From: Nemertoderma westbladi
Taxonomy: Eukaryota; Animalia; Xenacoelomorpha
Assembly: GCA_032718475.1 (NCBI GenBank)
Contig: JAUCBJ010003681.1
Span: forward strand, 1-64,000
Length of the DNA stretch: 64,000 nucleotides
Direction of reading: 5' to 3'
Part shown: positions 36,080 to 50,000 of the stretch, piece by piece
How the letters are laid out: each line of letters begins with the position of its first letter
How positions within the stretch are numbered: the stretch's first letter is position 1
Translations under genes and position numbers: made by a program
Notes under the pieces: generated by a model
The model's database searches: none
What the model saw: the letters and a program-made list of their open reading frames with translations, nothing else
What the model was told of the DNA's origin: nothing

Positions 36080-38404
36080 TGGGCGAGACACGTAGTCGGC
36101 GAGCCTCGGCATACGGTTCATATAGGGCAAATGGGGCATGTCCGTCTGTCTGTCCGTCTGTCTGTCTGGTAAATCTTTGAACGCGAATTTATCGGCATCG
36201 CTGATTTGAAATTGAACCAAACTTAGTAGATAAGTAGTAGAGGGAAAGTTTAGAAAATTTGTAAAGTTTGGTACTACGCAGAAATAGTAGATATCCGGCA
36301 ACTACAGTCATAGACACCGACTTTGCGGATGACATCGCCCTGCTCTCTAATACGCTAGCAGATGCACAGCTTCTACTAAATAAAGTGGAGAGGGCTGCTA
36401 AGGAGGTTGGATTGCATATAAATGCTACCAAGACCGAATTCATGACCTTTAATGTTGATGGAAACTTGACAACCATTGATAATAATCAACTAAGGCAGGT
36501 CGATGACTTCCAGTCAGTACCTTGGATCATGGATAGAGAGTAGCAAAAAGGACATAGAAGTTAGGAAAGCAAAGGCTTGGGTAGCTCTATCAAAAATGGA
36601 TACCATCTGGAAATCAGATCTCTCCAGGCACCTGAAGACCAAGTTCTTTCGAGCCACAGTGGAAAGTGTATTTTTATACGGGGGTGAGACCTGGACACTG
36701 ACTAAATCACTTGAACAACGAATTGATGGTTGCTACACAAGACTACTAAGGGCAGCCCTAAACATCAGCTGGAGACAACACATGACAAACGCCGAGCTTT
36801 ATGGTACAATACCACCTGTATCAACCACCCTCCGGGAACGCAGATTAAGATTCAGTGGGCACTGCTGGCGAAGTAAAGACGAGGTCATACCAGATCTACT
36901 TCTCTGGCAACCAACTCATGGAAAGCGTAGTCGTGGACGACCTGCCATAACATATATAGATCAACTTGAAAGGGATACTGAACTTGGGAGAAACGAAATT
37001 GCGACAACTATGGAGAATCGGGAAGCCTGGAAGGATCTCATTTCCACTGTCCGAGTTCGCTCGACCTAGTAGTAGTAGTAAAGTTTGGTAAAAAATCATG
37101 CAGTCTGACCTCAGCTACGACAGATTATGTGGTTTTTAGAAAATGTTAAATTTCTCGGGAACGCCTCATATTCCAGAGCTGAAATTTTGGTTGCTTGTAG
37201 AGAATCATAAAGTCTATCTTCTACAAAATTGAAAAGTTAAGACATTTAATTGGGGATCCGCTAGAGACTCCGAAGTAATGACATAGGCCTACCGGTAGGT
37301 ACGGTACTGCTTTACTGTAAAAGTACGAAATTGCAGAATAATAATTTGACACCACCTAGCGGATTAATATATAATTGCATATCGATCGTATACATTTTAT
37401 AGCATGGGGTATAGGGTCCGAGCCACGGAGTTGGCGGAGCCTTTGCGAACTGGCGCTATCTCTTAGGGGGGTAGGTAAATTATGGAAATAGTTCATTCAA
37501 TAATTGTACTGTATGTCATCATCGTCGCCACGATTTTGACTTACTTATATCTTAGTCGGATTTAAAGCTTTCGAGTCTAAAATTAGTAGGCATCAATAAG
37601 ACCATAAGTTTTTTTTAGGGACTTCCAGACACCATCAAATCCTCAGTCTCTCGCTAGAGGGCTACATGTCTAGATATTATATATCCTCACATTTTCTTTG
37701 CTTTAAACCCGTTCTAGCTGAAACTTGGCATATTTGTACTAGACCATTAACTGTGTCACTCAAAGGAGGCTCAGTCTGCAGTTCTCTAGTCTGCCGCTAG
37801 AGGGCAAAATGTCTCAAAGTGCAATCACTGATTTAGCTGAAACATCAGATATGTGCTAGAACAAGTCCGGTGTGTTTGCCGGGCTAGGTATCAGTCCAAC
37901 CAGTTCCACCTCATCACTATTCCAGCAAAGTGTAATTATATAGGACATGCAATAGTGTTAGGCCCTAGAGTAATAAGACAGCTTGCTTATTGTTTATCTC
38001 GCAAAATGATTGGCTGAGTATTTAATGGAGATTCTTTAGAATAAATATAGCTAAATAATTTTATTGTGACATCAACATGGTAAATTAATATTTCAGTATC
38101 AATACTATAACGTCATAAGGTAAGTGATAATATTTCTTATAAATTGGGTCGCCTCCACGCCTAAAATATATTACTTTTAATACACCAATTTTCTGTTAAT
38201 ACCTGCCTGTGAACAATCTTCTGTGTACCTTTGGGTTGGGGTGCAGATTAAGGAGGGGAGGGGGTTGAAAGCGAGCAACTTTCCCCTCTTATGATTTGTT
38301 TGCGATTTGGTTAATTTCTTAAATACAGATTTTGTTTAGAATTGCTCAATTTTAATTTGTATCTCATAACTGAGCCTCGTGCTGCGCGAAGGCCCCACAA
38401 ACGT
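36080..38404 (+). mobile_element. Non-autonomous DINE-1/HINE-like (Helentron-type) element inserted in the LINE
   Basis: It cleanly interrupts the LINE frame. It has a 5' hairpin followed by (GTCY)n, GAGCCTCG near both ends, a 3' hairpin, and degenerate copies of the CCGCTAGAGGGC unit (37260, 37652, 37794). Confidence 0.6.
36274..37080 (+). mobile_element. 5'-truncated copy of the 20-23.5 kb RTE, with TSD
   Basis: Near-identical to 22716-23520, with a (TAG)n tail and a 13-bp TSD GTAAAGTTTGGTA at 36261-36273 and 37078-37090. Confidence 0.95.
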
Positions 38405-40199
38405 GTATTAAAGAAGGGCAAAGTAACTTGCGGGAGTCGGTATTTAAACTATTTTTATTTCTGTATAGAAACCTAAGCCTACTGTTAACTTTCGAGAAAA
38501 TATTTTTCACTGTGCTTTCTCCTGATAAGCAGTTATCCAATGTGGCGCCTAAATATTTAACTTCCTTTTTATTTTCAATCTTATGTCCATTACTAGTGAC
38601 TTCAAACTTAGTTACCTTCTTTAACTTTCTTTTGGAACCAAACAAAATACTTTCAGTCTTACCGTAGTGAATGGATAGCTTATTATCAACCAACCACTCA
38701 TTACAGGATTCTAGAACTGCACTTAACTTTTGGGAAATATGGATAGGATCTTTATGAGAGAAAATAAGAGCACTGTCGTCGGCATATAAAATGAGTTTAA
38801 AATCGGGATCTATACTACTTATCATATCATTTACATAGCATACAAAAAGCAGAGGACCTAATATACTACCTTGCGGTACACCACAGGTAATCTCTTGTAC
38901 AGTAGACAGCGATTTGCTAATGACTACAGTTTGACCTCTGTCTGACAGGTAGGACTTGAACCAGTCTATAGAACCTACACCCATCAGGCCTAACTTACCA
39001 AGCAGAATTTCGTGATCTACAGTATCGAAAGCCTTTTGTAGGTCCAACATTACCATACCAGTATATAAACCCTTTGCGTTATTACATCTAATTGTATCAG
39101 TTAAGTTAATAAGAACTATTAATAATAATATATAGTTAATAAGAAGTAGAATATGATTTACGAAAACCGGACTGAAGTTCATAGATCAGATTTAGCCTAC
39201 TAAGATGTGCTTCCAGCTGTAGAAAAACAGAACGTTCTGGAATTTTAGATACAATACTTAAGATACTAACAGGTCTGTAATTACAGGGTTCTACTTTACT
39301 ATTCTTTTTATACAGAGGAACAACCTTAGCTAATTTCAGTTCGTCTGGTACTACATTATCTACGATAGAGTAATTAATAATAAAAGTAATAGGCACTTTA
39401 AGTACTTCAGCGCCATCCTTAAGAAAACGGGCAGGTATTAGGTCTAGACCGGTACTTTTTGAGGCTGATAGGCTAAGTAGATTTTGAAAAACGAAATCCT
39501 CAGAAACGGGTTTTAAAAATAACTTTTCTGAATTTTGTAACTTTTCTAAATAAAAATTATTTAGAGTTTCGTACCCTATACTATATTTATTACTTGGTAA
39601 CGGTAACTTCTTAACTAAATTAGAGGCAACATTAGTAAAATAATTATTAAATAAATTACTAACTAGAGTATGATCATGAATCAGCTCACCGTTATCTTGC
39701 AGAACAATATTCGATTTAGATTTAAGGTTTTTATAACCTAACGATTTTAGGGTAGACCATAGACTTTTGGGATTATCTTTATTCTCACTTATTTTGTTGT
39801 ACAAATAATCAGATTTAGCTTTTTTTCGCCCGGACATTTGATTCGCCCACGTATTAGAATAGACATCAGGCTCCGTTGTTTGCCAGTAGTAGTTTGTGTA
39901 CTTAGTATCTGTTTATTTATACACCCTGGACTGGGATTTCTTGGCAGATACTGTACGAACCCGTGTACACTGCTGGATTCTACAGTAAGGTACTTCGTTA
40001 CTAGGATCCGGTAGGCGGTATACTACTGGACTTTTCATACATGTTCTAGAACATTGGCTATAAATAGCTAATTTCAACAAAATAATTAACAAATAAATTA
40101 ATTAGTTAATAATTATTAACAATAATAATGTTTACGTATCTATGAATATATAAATAAAATTATTAGTAATATTAGTAGTCAAAAATTTTTGAATAGCTA

Positions 40200-40292
40200 A
40201 TTTTGATAATATTTTAATGATAAGATTTTGATAATATTTTAATGATAAGATTTTGATAATATTTTAATGATAAGATTTTGATAAGATTTTAA
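40200..40292. repeat. 25-bp AT-rich tandem repeat, ~3 copies
   Basis: GATTTTGATAATATTTTAATGATAA repeated in tandem. Confidence 0.85.
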
Positions 40293-40633
40293 TTGGAAAA
40301 CTTTTAGAAGATGATTTGGGAACATATACACATGAAATAATCCATGAAATGGATTGTTATAAAATGTTATATAATTTTGAAAAATGTAACTGCAAAAGTA
40401 CCCTCGGCTCCTATGCAAGGTATTTAAATAATGTTTTTTATTTGGATATTAGACAGAGTTAGAGGCTGATTTTATAAAAGAATACTAAATTTCATTGCCA
40501 GAAAATTTTGGTCGGTAATAAGTATTTTGGCGTTTTCGCGTTAAAATGTACAATATATTTAACCGCATATGATAAAACTTTCATTATATGAGTTTATAAC
40601 TTGCCCCAAGCATATACAACTACCCCAACTTAC

Positions 40634-40828
40634 CTTAACGACGCCAATAAACATAGGGATTGTTGCTATGGCAGTGCACATTGTCAAAGGAACGCGTAAA
40701 CATAGGAGAATAAAACCAGTGCGGAACTTTATTGGAACAAATGTTTCGCTGGATTCGCTGACTAGAATCGCTCTCTGAAACAGCCATAACTCGTAGGCGC
40801 TTACACAGGCGTATGCTAAATATGAACT
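40634..40828 (-). CDS. Host gene, internal exon (195 bp, phase 0-0)
   Basis: Acceptor TATATTTACAG|AGT and consensus donor AAG|GTAAGT. Translates to SSYLAYACVSAYELWLFQR...FILLCLRVPLTMCTAIATIPMFIGVVK. Confidence 0.8.
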
Positions 40829-41061
40829 CTGTAAATATAAGTAGACCAGGAATGTGGAACCTCTTACAGACTTTAAGATCATTATGATTTAAATGGTTAC
40901 AACTGAATAATATAGAAAGTTAAATAACATTCAATAACTTCATAAAGTTAAATAACTTCAATAAGCATTTTATTGATAGTATATTATTGTCTACATCCAC
41001 TAATGTACAAAATTGTAAATCTTTTAGTCAATAAACTTCGTAAACATATATTTATGTACAT

Positions 41062-44000
41062 AACAAATACAGCTGGGCGATAATGACAACAAATACAGCT
41101 GGGTGATAATGACAACAAATACAGCTGGGTGATAATGACAACAAATACAGCTGGGTGATAATGACAACAAATAAAACTGGGTGATAATGACAACAAATAC
41201 AGCTGGGTGATAATGACAACAAATACAGCTGGGTGATAATGAAAACAAATAAAACTGGGTGATAATGACAACAAATACAGCTAGGTGATAATGACAACAA
41301 ATACAGCTGGGTGATAATGACAACAATAACAGCTGGGTGATAATGACAACAAATACAGCTGGGTGATAATGACAACAAATAAAACTGGGTGATAATGAAA
41401 ACAATAACAGCTGGGTGATAATGACAACAAATACAGCTGGGTGATAATGACAACAAATAAAACTGGGTGATAATGACAACAAATACAGCTGGGTGATAAT
41501 GACAACAAATACAGCTGGGTGATAATGACAACAAATACAGCTGGGTGATAATGACAACAATTACAGCTAGGTGATAATGACAACAAATACAGCTGGGTGA
41601 TAATGAAAACAATAACAGCTGGGTGATAATGACAACAAATACAGCTGGGTGATAATGACAACAAATAAAACTGGGTGATAATGACAACAAATACAGCTGG
41701 GTGATAATGACAACAAATACAGCTGGGTGATAATGACAACAAATACAGCTGGGTGATAATGACAACAAATACAGCTGGGTGATAATGACAACAAATACAG
41801 CTGGGTGATAATGACAACAAATACAGCTGGGTGATAATGACAACAATAACAGCTGGGTGATAATGACAACAAATACAGCTGGGTGATAATGACAACAAAT
41901 ACAGCTGGGTGATAATGACAACAAATACAGCTGGGTGATAATGACAACAATAATAGCTGGGTGATAATGACAACAAATACAGCTGGGTGATAATGACAAC
42001 AAATACAGCTGGGTGATAATGACAACAAATACAGCTGGGTGATAATGACAACAAATACAGCTGGGTGATAATGACAACAAATACAGCTGGGTGATAATGA
42101 CAACAAATACAGCTGGGTGATAATGACAACAAATACAGCTGGGTGATAATGACAACAAATACAGCTGGGTGATAATGACAACAATAACAGCTGGGTGATA
42201 ATGACAACAAATACAGCTGGGTGATAATGACAACAAATACAGCTGGGTGATAATGACAACAAATACAGCTGGGTGATAATGACAACAATAACAGCTGGGT
42301 GATAATGACAACAAATACAGCTGGGTGATAATGACAACAATAACAGCTGGGTGATAATGACAACAAATACAGCTGGGTGATAATGACAACAATAACAGCC
42401 GGGTGATAATGACAACAAATACAGCTGGGTGATAATGACAACAAATACAGCTGGGTGATAATGACAACAATTACAGCTAGGTGATAATGACAACAAATAC
42501 AGCTGGGTGATAATGACAACAAATACACCAGGGTGATAATGACAACAAATACAGCTGGGTGATAATGACAACAAATACAGCCGGGTGATAATGACAACAA
42601 ATACAGCCGGGTGATAATGACAACAAATACAGCTGGGTGATAATGACAACAAATACAGCTGGGTGATAATGACAACAAATACAGCTGGGTGATAATGACA
42701 ACAAATACAGCTGGGTGATAATGACAACAAATACAGCTGGGTGATAATGACAACAAATACAGCTGGGTGATAATGACAACAAATACAGCTGGGTGATAAT
42801 GACAACAAATACAGCTGGGTGATAATGACAACAAATACAGCTGGGTGATAATGGCAACAAATACAGCTGGGTGATAATGACAACAAATACAGCTGGGTGA
42901 TAATGACAACAAATACAGCTGGGTGATAATGACAACAAATACAGCTGGGTGATAATGACAACAAATACAGCTGGGTGATAATGACAACAAATACAGCTGG
43001 GTGATAATGACAACAAATACAGCTGGGTGATAATGACAACAAATACAGCTGGGTGATAATGACAACAAATACAGCTGGGTGATAATGACAACAAATACAG
43101 CTGGGTGATAATGACAACAAATACAGCTGGGTGATAATGACAACAAATACAGCTGGGTGATAATGACAACAAATACAGCTGGGTGATAATGACAACAAAT
43201 ACAGCTGGGTGATAATGACAACAAATACAGCTGGGTGATAATGACAACAAATACAGCTGGGTGATAATGACAACAAATACAGCTGGGTGATAATGACAAC
43301 AAATACAGCTGGGTGATAATGACAACAAATACAGCTGGGTGATAATGACAACAAATACAGCTGGGTGATAATGACAACAAATACAGCTGGGTGATAATGA
43401 CAACAAATACAGCTGGGTGATAATGACAACAAATACAGCTGGGTGATAATGACAACAAATACAGCTGGGTGATAATGACAACAAATACAGCTGGGTGATA
43501 ATGACAACAAATACAGCTGGGTGATAATGACAACAATTACAGCTAGGTGATAATGACAACAAATACAGCTGGGTGATAATGACAACAAATACACCAGGGT
43601 GATAATGACAACAAATACAGCTGGGTGATAATGACAACAAATACAGCCGGGTGATAATGACAACAAATACAGCCGGGTGATAATGACAACAAATACAGCT
43701 GGGTGATAATGACAACAAATACAGCTGGGTGATAATGACAACAAATACAGCTGGGTGATAATGACAACAAATACAGCTGGGTGATAATGACAACAAATAC
43801 AGCTGGGTGATAATGACAACAAATACAGCTGGGTGATAATGACAACAAATACAGCTGGGTGATAATGACAACAAATACAGCTGGGTGATAATGACAACAA
43901 ATACAGCTGGGTGATAATGACAACAAATACAGCTGGGTGATAATGACAACAAATACAGCTGGGTGATAATGACAACAAATACAGCCGGGTGATAATGACA

Positions 44001-47000
44001 ACAAATACAGCTAGGTGATAATGACAACAAATACAGCTGGGTGATAATGACAACAAATACACCAGGGTGATAATGACAACAAATACAGCCGGGTGATAAT
44101 GACAACAAATACAGCTGGGTGATAATGACAACAAATACACCAGGGTGATAATGACAACAAATACAGCTGGGTGATAATGACAACAAATACAGCTGGGTGA
44201 TAATGACAACAAATACAGCTGGGTGATAATGACAACAAATACAGCTGGGTGATAATGACAACAAATACAGCTGGGTGATAATGACAACAAATACAGCTGG
44301 GTGATAATGACAACAAATACAGCTGGGTGATAATGACAACAAATACAGCCGGGTGATAATGACAACAAATACAGCTGGGTGATAATGACAACAAATACAG
44401 CTGGGTGATAATGACAACAAATACAGCTGGGTGATAATGACAACAAATACAGCCGGGTGATAATGACAACAAATACAGCTGGGTGATAATGACAACAAAT
44501 ACAACTGGGTGATAATGACAACAAATACACCAGGGTGATAATGACAACAAATACAGCTGGGTGATAATGACAACAAATACAGCTGGGTGATAATGACAAC
44601 AAATACAGCTGGGTGATAATGACAACAAATACAGCTGGGTGATAATGACAACAAATACAGCTGGGTGATAATGACAACAAATACAGCTGGGTGATAATGA
44701 CAACAAATACAGCTGGGTGATAATGACAACAAATACAACTGGGTGATAATGACAACAAATACACCAGGGTGATAATGACAACAAATACAGCCGGGTGATA
44801 ATGACAACAAATACAGCTGGGTGATAATGACAACAAATACAGCCGGGTGATAATGACAACAAATACAGCTGGGTGATAATGACAACAAATACAGCTGGGT
44901 GATAATGACAACAAATACACCAGGGTGATAATGACAACAAATACAGCCGGGTGATAATGACAACAAATACAGCTGGGTGATAATGACAACAAATACAGCT
45001 GGGTGATAATGACAACAAATACACCAGGGTGATAATGACAACAAATACAGCCGGGTGATAATGACAACAAATACAGCTGGGTGATAATGACAACAAATAC
45101 AGCTGGGTGATAATGACAACAAATACAGCTGGGTGATAATGACAACAAATACAGCTGGGTGATAATGACAACAAATACAGCTGGGTGATAATGACAACAA
45201 ATACAGCTGGGTGATAATGACAACAATTACAGCTAGGTGATAATGACAACAAATACAGCTGGGTGATAATGACAACAAATACACCAGGGTGATAATGAAA
45301 ACAAATAAAACTGGGTGATAATGAAAACAAATAAAACTGGGTGATAATGACAACAAATACAGCTGGGTGATAATGACAACAAATACAGCTGGGTGATAAT
45401 GACAACAAATACAGCTGGGTGATAATGACAACAAATACAGCTGGGTGATAATGACAACAAATACAGCTGGGTGATAATGACAACAATTACAGCTAGGTGA
45501 TAATGACAACAAATACAGCTGGGTGATAATGACAACAAATACACCAGGGTGATAATGAAAACAAATAAAACTGGGTGATAATGACAACAAATACAGCTGG
45601 GTGATAATGACAACAAATACAGCTGGGTGATAATGACAACAAATAAAACTGGGTGATAATGACAACAAATACAGCTGGGTGATAATGACAACAAATGCAG
45701 CTGGGTGATAATGACAACAATAACAGCTGGGTGATAATGACAACAAATACAGCTGGGTGATAATGACAACAAATAAAACTGGGTGATAATGACAACAAAT
45801 ACAGCTGGGTGATAATGACAACAAATGCAGCTGGGTGATAATGACAACAAATACAGCTGGGTGATAATGACAACAAATACAACTGGGTGATAATGACAAC
45901 AAATACAGCTGGGTGATAATGACAACAAATACAGCTAGGTGATAATGACAACAAATACAGCTGGGTGATAATGACAACAATAACAGCTGGGTGATAATGA
46001 CAACAAATACAGCTGGGTGATAATGACAACAAATAAAACTGGGTGATAATGACAACAAATACAGCTGGGTGATAATGACAACAAATGCAGCTGGGTGATA
46101 ATGACAACAAATACAGCTGGGTGATAATGACAACAAATACAACTGGGTGATAATGACAACAAATACAGCTGGGTGATAATGACAACAAATACAGCTGGGT
46201 GATAATGGCAACAAATAAAACTGGGTGATAATGACAACAAATACAGCTGGGTGATAATGACAACAAATACAGCCGGGTGATAATGACAACAAATACAGCT
46301 GGGTGATAATGACCACAAATACAGCTGGGTGATAATGACAACAAATACAGCTGGGTGAAAATGACAACAAATACAGCTGGGTGATAATGACAACAAATAC
46401 AGCTGGGTGAAAATGACAACAAATAAAACTGGGTGATAATGAAAACAAATAAAACTGGGTGATAATGACAACAAATACAGCTGGGTGATAATGACAACAA
46501 ATACAGCTGGGTGATAATGACAACAAATACAGCTGGGTGATAATGACAACAAATACAGCTGGGTGATAATGACAACAAATACAGCCGGGTGATAATGACA
46601 ACAAATACAGCTGGGTGATAATGACAACAATTACAGCTGGGTGATAATGACAACAAATACAGCTGGGTGATAATGACAACAAATACAGCTGGGTGATAAT
46701 GACAACAAATACAGCTGGGTGATAATGACAACAAATACAGCTGGGTGATAATGACAACAAATACAGCTGGGTGAAAATGACAACAAATACAGCTGGGTGA
46801 TAATGACAACAAATACAGCTGGGTGATAATGAAAACAATAACAGCTGGGTGATAATGACAACAAATAAAACTGGGTGATAATGACAACAAATACAGCTGG
46901 GTGATAATGACAACAAATACAGCTGGGTGAAAATGACAACAAATACAGCTGGGTGATAATGACAACAAATACAGCTGGGTGATAATGAAAACAATAACAG

Positions 47001-50000
47001 CTGGGTGATAATGACAACAAATAAAACTGGGTGATAATGACAACAAATACAGCTGGGTGATAATGACAACAAATACAGCTGGGTGATAATGACAACAAAT
47101 ACAGCTGGGTGATAATGACAACAAATACAGCTGGGTGATAACGACAACAAATACAGCTGGGTGATAATGACAACAAATACAGCTGGGTGATAATGACAAC
47201 AAATACAGCTGGGTGATAATGACAACAATAACAGCCGGGTGATAATGACAACAAATACAGCTGGGTGATAATGACAACAAATACAGCTGGGTGATAATGA
47301 CAACAAATACAGCCGGGTGATAATGACAACAAATACAGCTGGGTGATAATGACAACAAATACAGCTGGGTGATAATGACAACAAATACAGCTGGGTGATA
47401 ATGACAACAAATACAGCTGGGTGATAATGACAACAAATACAGCCGGGTGATAATGACAACAAATACAGCTGGGTGATAATGACAACAAATACAGCTGGGT
47501 GATAATGACAACAAATACAGCTGGGTGATAATGACAACAAATACAGCTGGGTGATAATGACAACAAATACAGCCGGGTGATAATGACAACAAATACAGCT
47601 GGGTGATAATGACAACAAATACAGCTGGGTGATAATGACAACAAATACAGCTGGGTGATAATGACAACAAATACAGCCGGGTGATAATGACAACAAATAC
47701 AGCTGGGTGATAATGACAACAAATACAGCTGGGTGATAATGACAACAAATACAGCTGGGTGATAATGACAACAAATACAGCTGGGTGATAATGACAACAA
47801 ATACAGCCGGGTGATAATGACAACAAATACAGCTGGGTGATAATGACAACAAATACAGCTGGGTGATAATGACAACAAATACAGCCGGGTGATAATGACA
47901 ACAAATACAGCTGGGTGATAATGACAACAAATACAGCTGGGTGATAATGACAACAAATACAGCTGGGTGATAACGACAACAAATACAGCTGGGTGATAAT
48001 GACAACAAATACAGCTGGGTGATAATGACAACAAATACAGCCGGGTGATAATGACAACAAATACAGCTGGGTGATAATGACAACAAATACAGCTGGGTGA
48101 TAATGACAACAAATACAGCTAGGTGATAATGACAACAAATACAGCTGGGTGATAATGACAACAAATACAGCTGGGTGATAATGACAACAAATACAGCTGG
48201 GTGATAATGACAACAAATACAGCTGGGTGATAATGACAACAAATACAGCTGGGTGATAATGACAACAAATACAGCTGGGTGATAATGACAACAAATACAG
48301 CCGGGTGATAATGACAACAAATACAGCTGGGTGATAATGACAACAAATACAGCTGGGTGATAATGACAACAAATACAGCCGGGTGATAATGACAACAAAT
48401 ACAGCTGGGTGATAATGACAACAAATACAGCTGGGTGATAATGACAACAAATACAGCTGGGTGATAATGACAACAAATACAGCTGGGTGATAATGACAAC
48501 AAATACAGCTGGGTGATAATGACAACAAATACAGCTGGGTGATAATGACAACAAATACAGCTGGGTGATAATGACAACAAATACAGCTGGGTGATAATGA
48601 CAACAAATACAGCTGGGTGATAATGACAACAAATACAGCTGGGTGATAATGACAACAAATACAGCTGGGTGATAATGACAACAAATACAGCTGGGTGATA
48701 ATGACAACAAATACAGCTGGGTGATAATGACAACAAATACAGCTGGGTGATAATGACAACAAATACAGCTGGGTGATAATGACAACAATTACAGCTAGGT
48801 GATAATGACAACAAATACAGCTGGGTGATAATGACAACAAATACAGCTAGGTGATAATGACAACAAATACAGCTGGGTGATAATGACAACAAATACAGCC
48901 GGGTGATAATGACAACAAATACAGCTGGGTGATAATGACAACAAATACAGCTAGGTGATAATGACAACAAATACAGCTGGGTGATAATGACAACAAATAC
49001 AGCCGGGTGATAATGACAACAAATACAGCTGGGTGATAATGACAACAATTACAGCTAGGTGATAATGACAACAAATACAGCTGGGTGATAATGACAACAA
49101 ATACAGCTAGGTGATAATGACAACAAATACAGCCGGGTGATAATGACAACAAATACAGCTAGGTGATAATGACAACAAATACAGCTGGGTGATAATGACA
49201 ACAAATACAGCTGGGTGATAATGACAACAAATACAGCTAGGTGATAATGACAACAAATACAGCCGGGTGATAATGACAACAAATACAGCTGGGTGATAAT
49301 GACAACAATTACAGCTAGGTGATAATGACAACAAATACAGCTGGGTGATAATGACAACAAATACAGCTAGGTGATAATGACAACAAATACAGCTGGGTGA
49401 TAATGACAACAAATACAGCTGGGTGATAATGACAACAAATACAGCTGGGTGATAATGACAACAAATACAGCTGGGTGATAATGACAACAAATACAGCTGG
49501 GTGATAATGACAACAAATACAGCTGGGTGATAATGACAACAATAACAGCTGGGTGATAATGACAACAAATAAAACTGGGTGATAATGACAACAAATACAG
49601 CTGGGTGATAATGACAACAAATACAGCTGGGTGATAATGACAACAAATACAGCTGGGTGATAATGACAACAAATACAGCTGGGTGATAATGACAACAAAT
49701 ACAGCTGGGTGATAATGACAACAAATACAGCTGGGTGAAAATGACAACAAATACAGCTGGGTGATAATGACAACAAATAAAACTGGGTGATAATGACAAC
49801 AAATACAGCTGGGTGATAACAACAAATACAGCCGGGTGATAATGACAACAAATACAGCTGGGTGATAATGACAACAAATACAGCTGGGTGATAATGACAA
49901 CAAATACAGCTAGGTGATAATGACAACAAATACAGCTGGGTGAAAATGACAACAAATACAGCTGGGTGATAATGACAACAAATAAAACTGGGTGATAATG

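Larger units (their letters stand above)
35265..39845 (-). mobile_element. 5'-truncated CR1/L2-group (Crack-like) LINE, split by a nested insertion
   Basis: [46 protein letters not shown] and KYLG. The frame ...LCPSLI (38404) resumes as QCHMDYACSSWY (36078), continues to THSYSTR, and ends in a (CTAT)n tail near 35265-35280. Confidence 0.9.
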
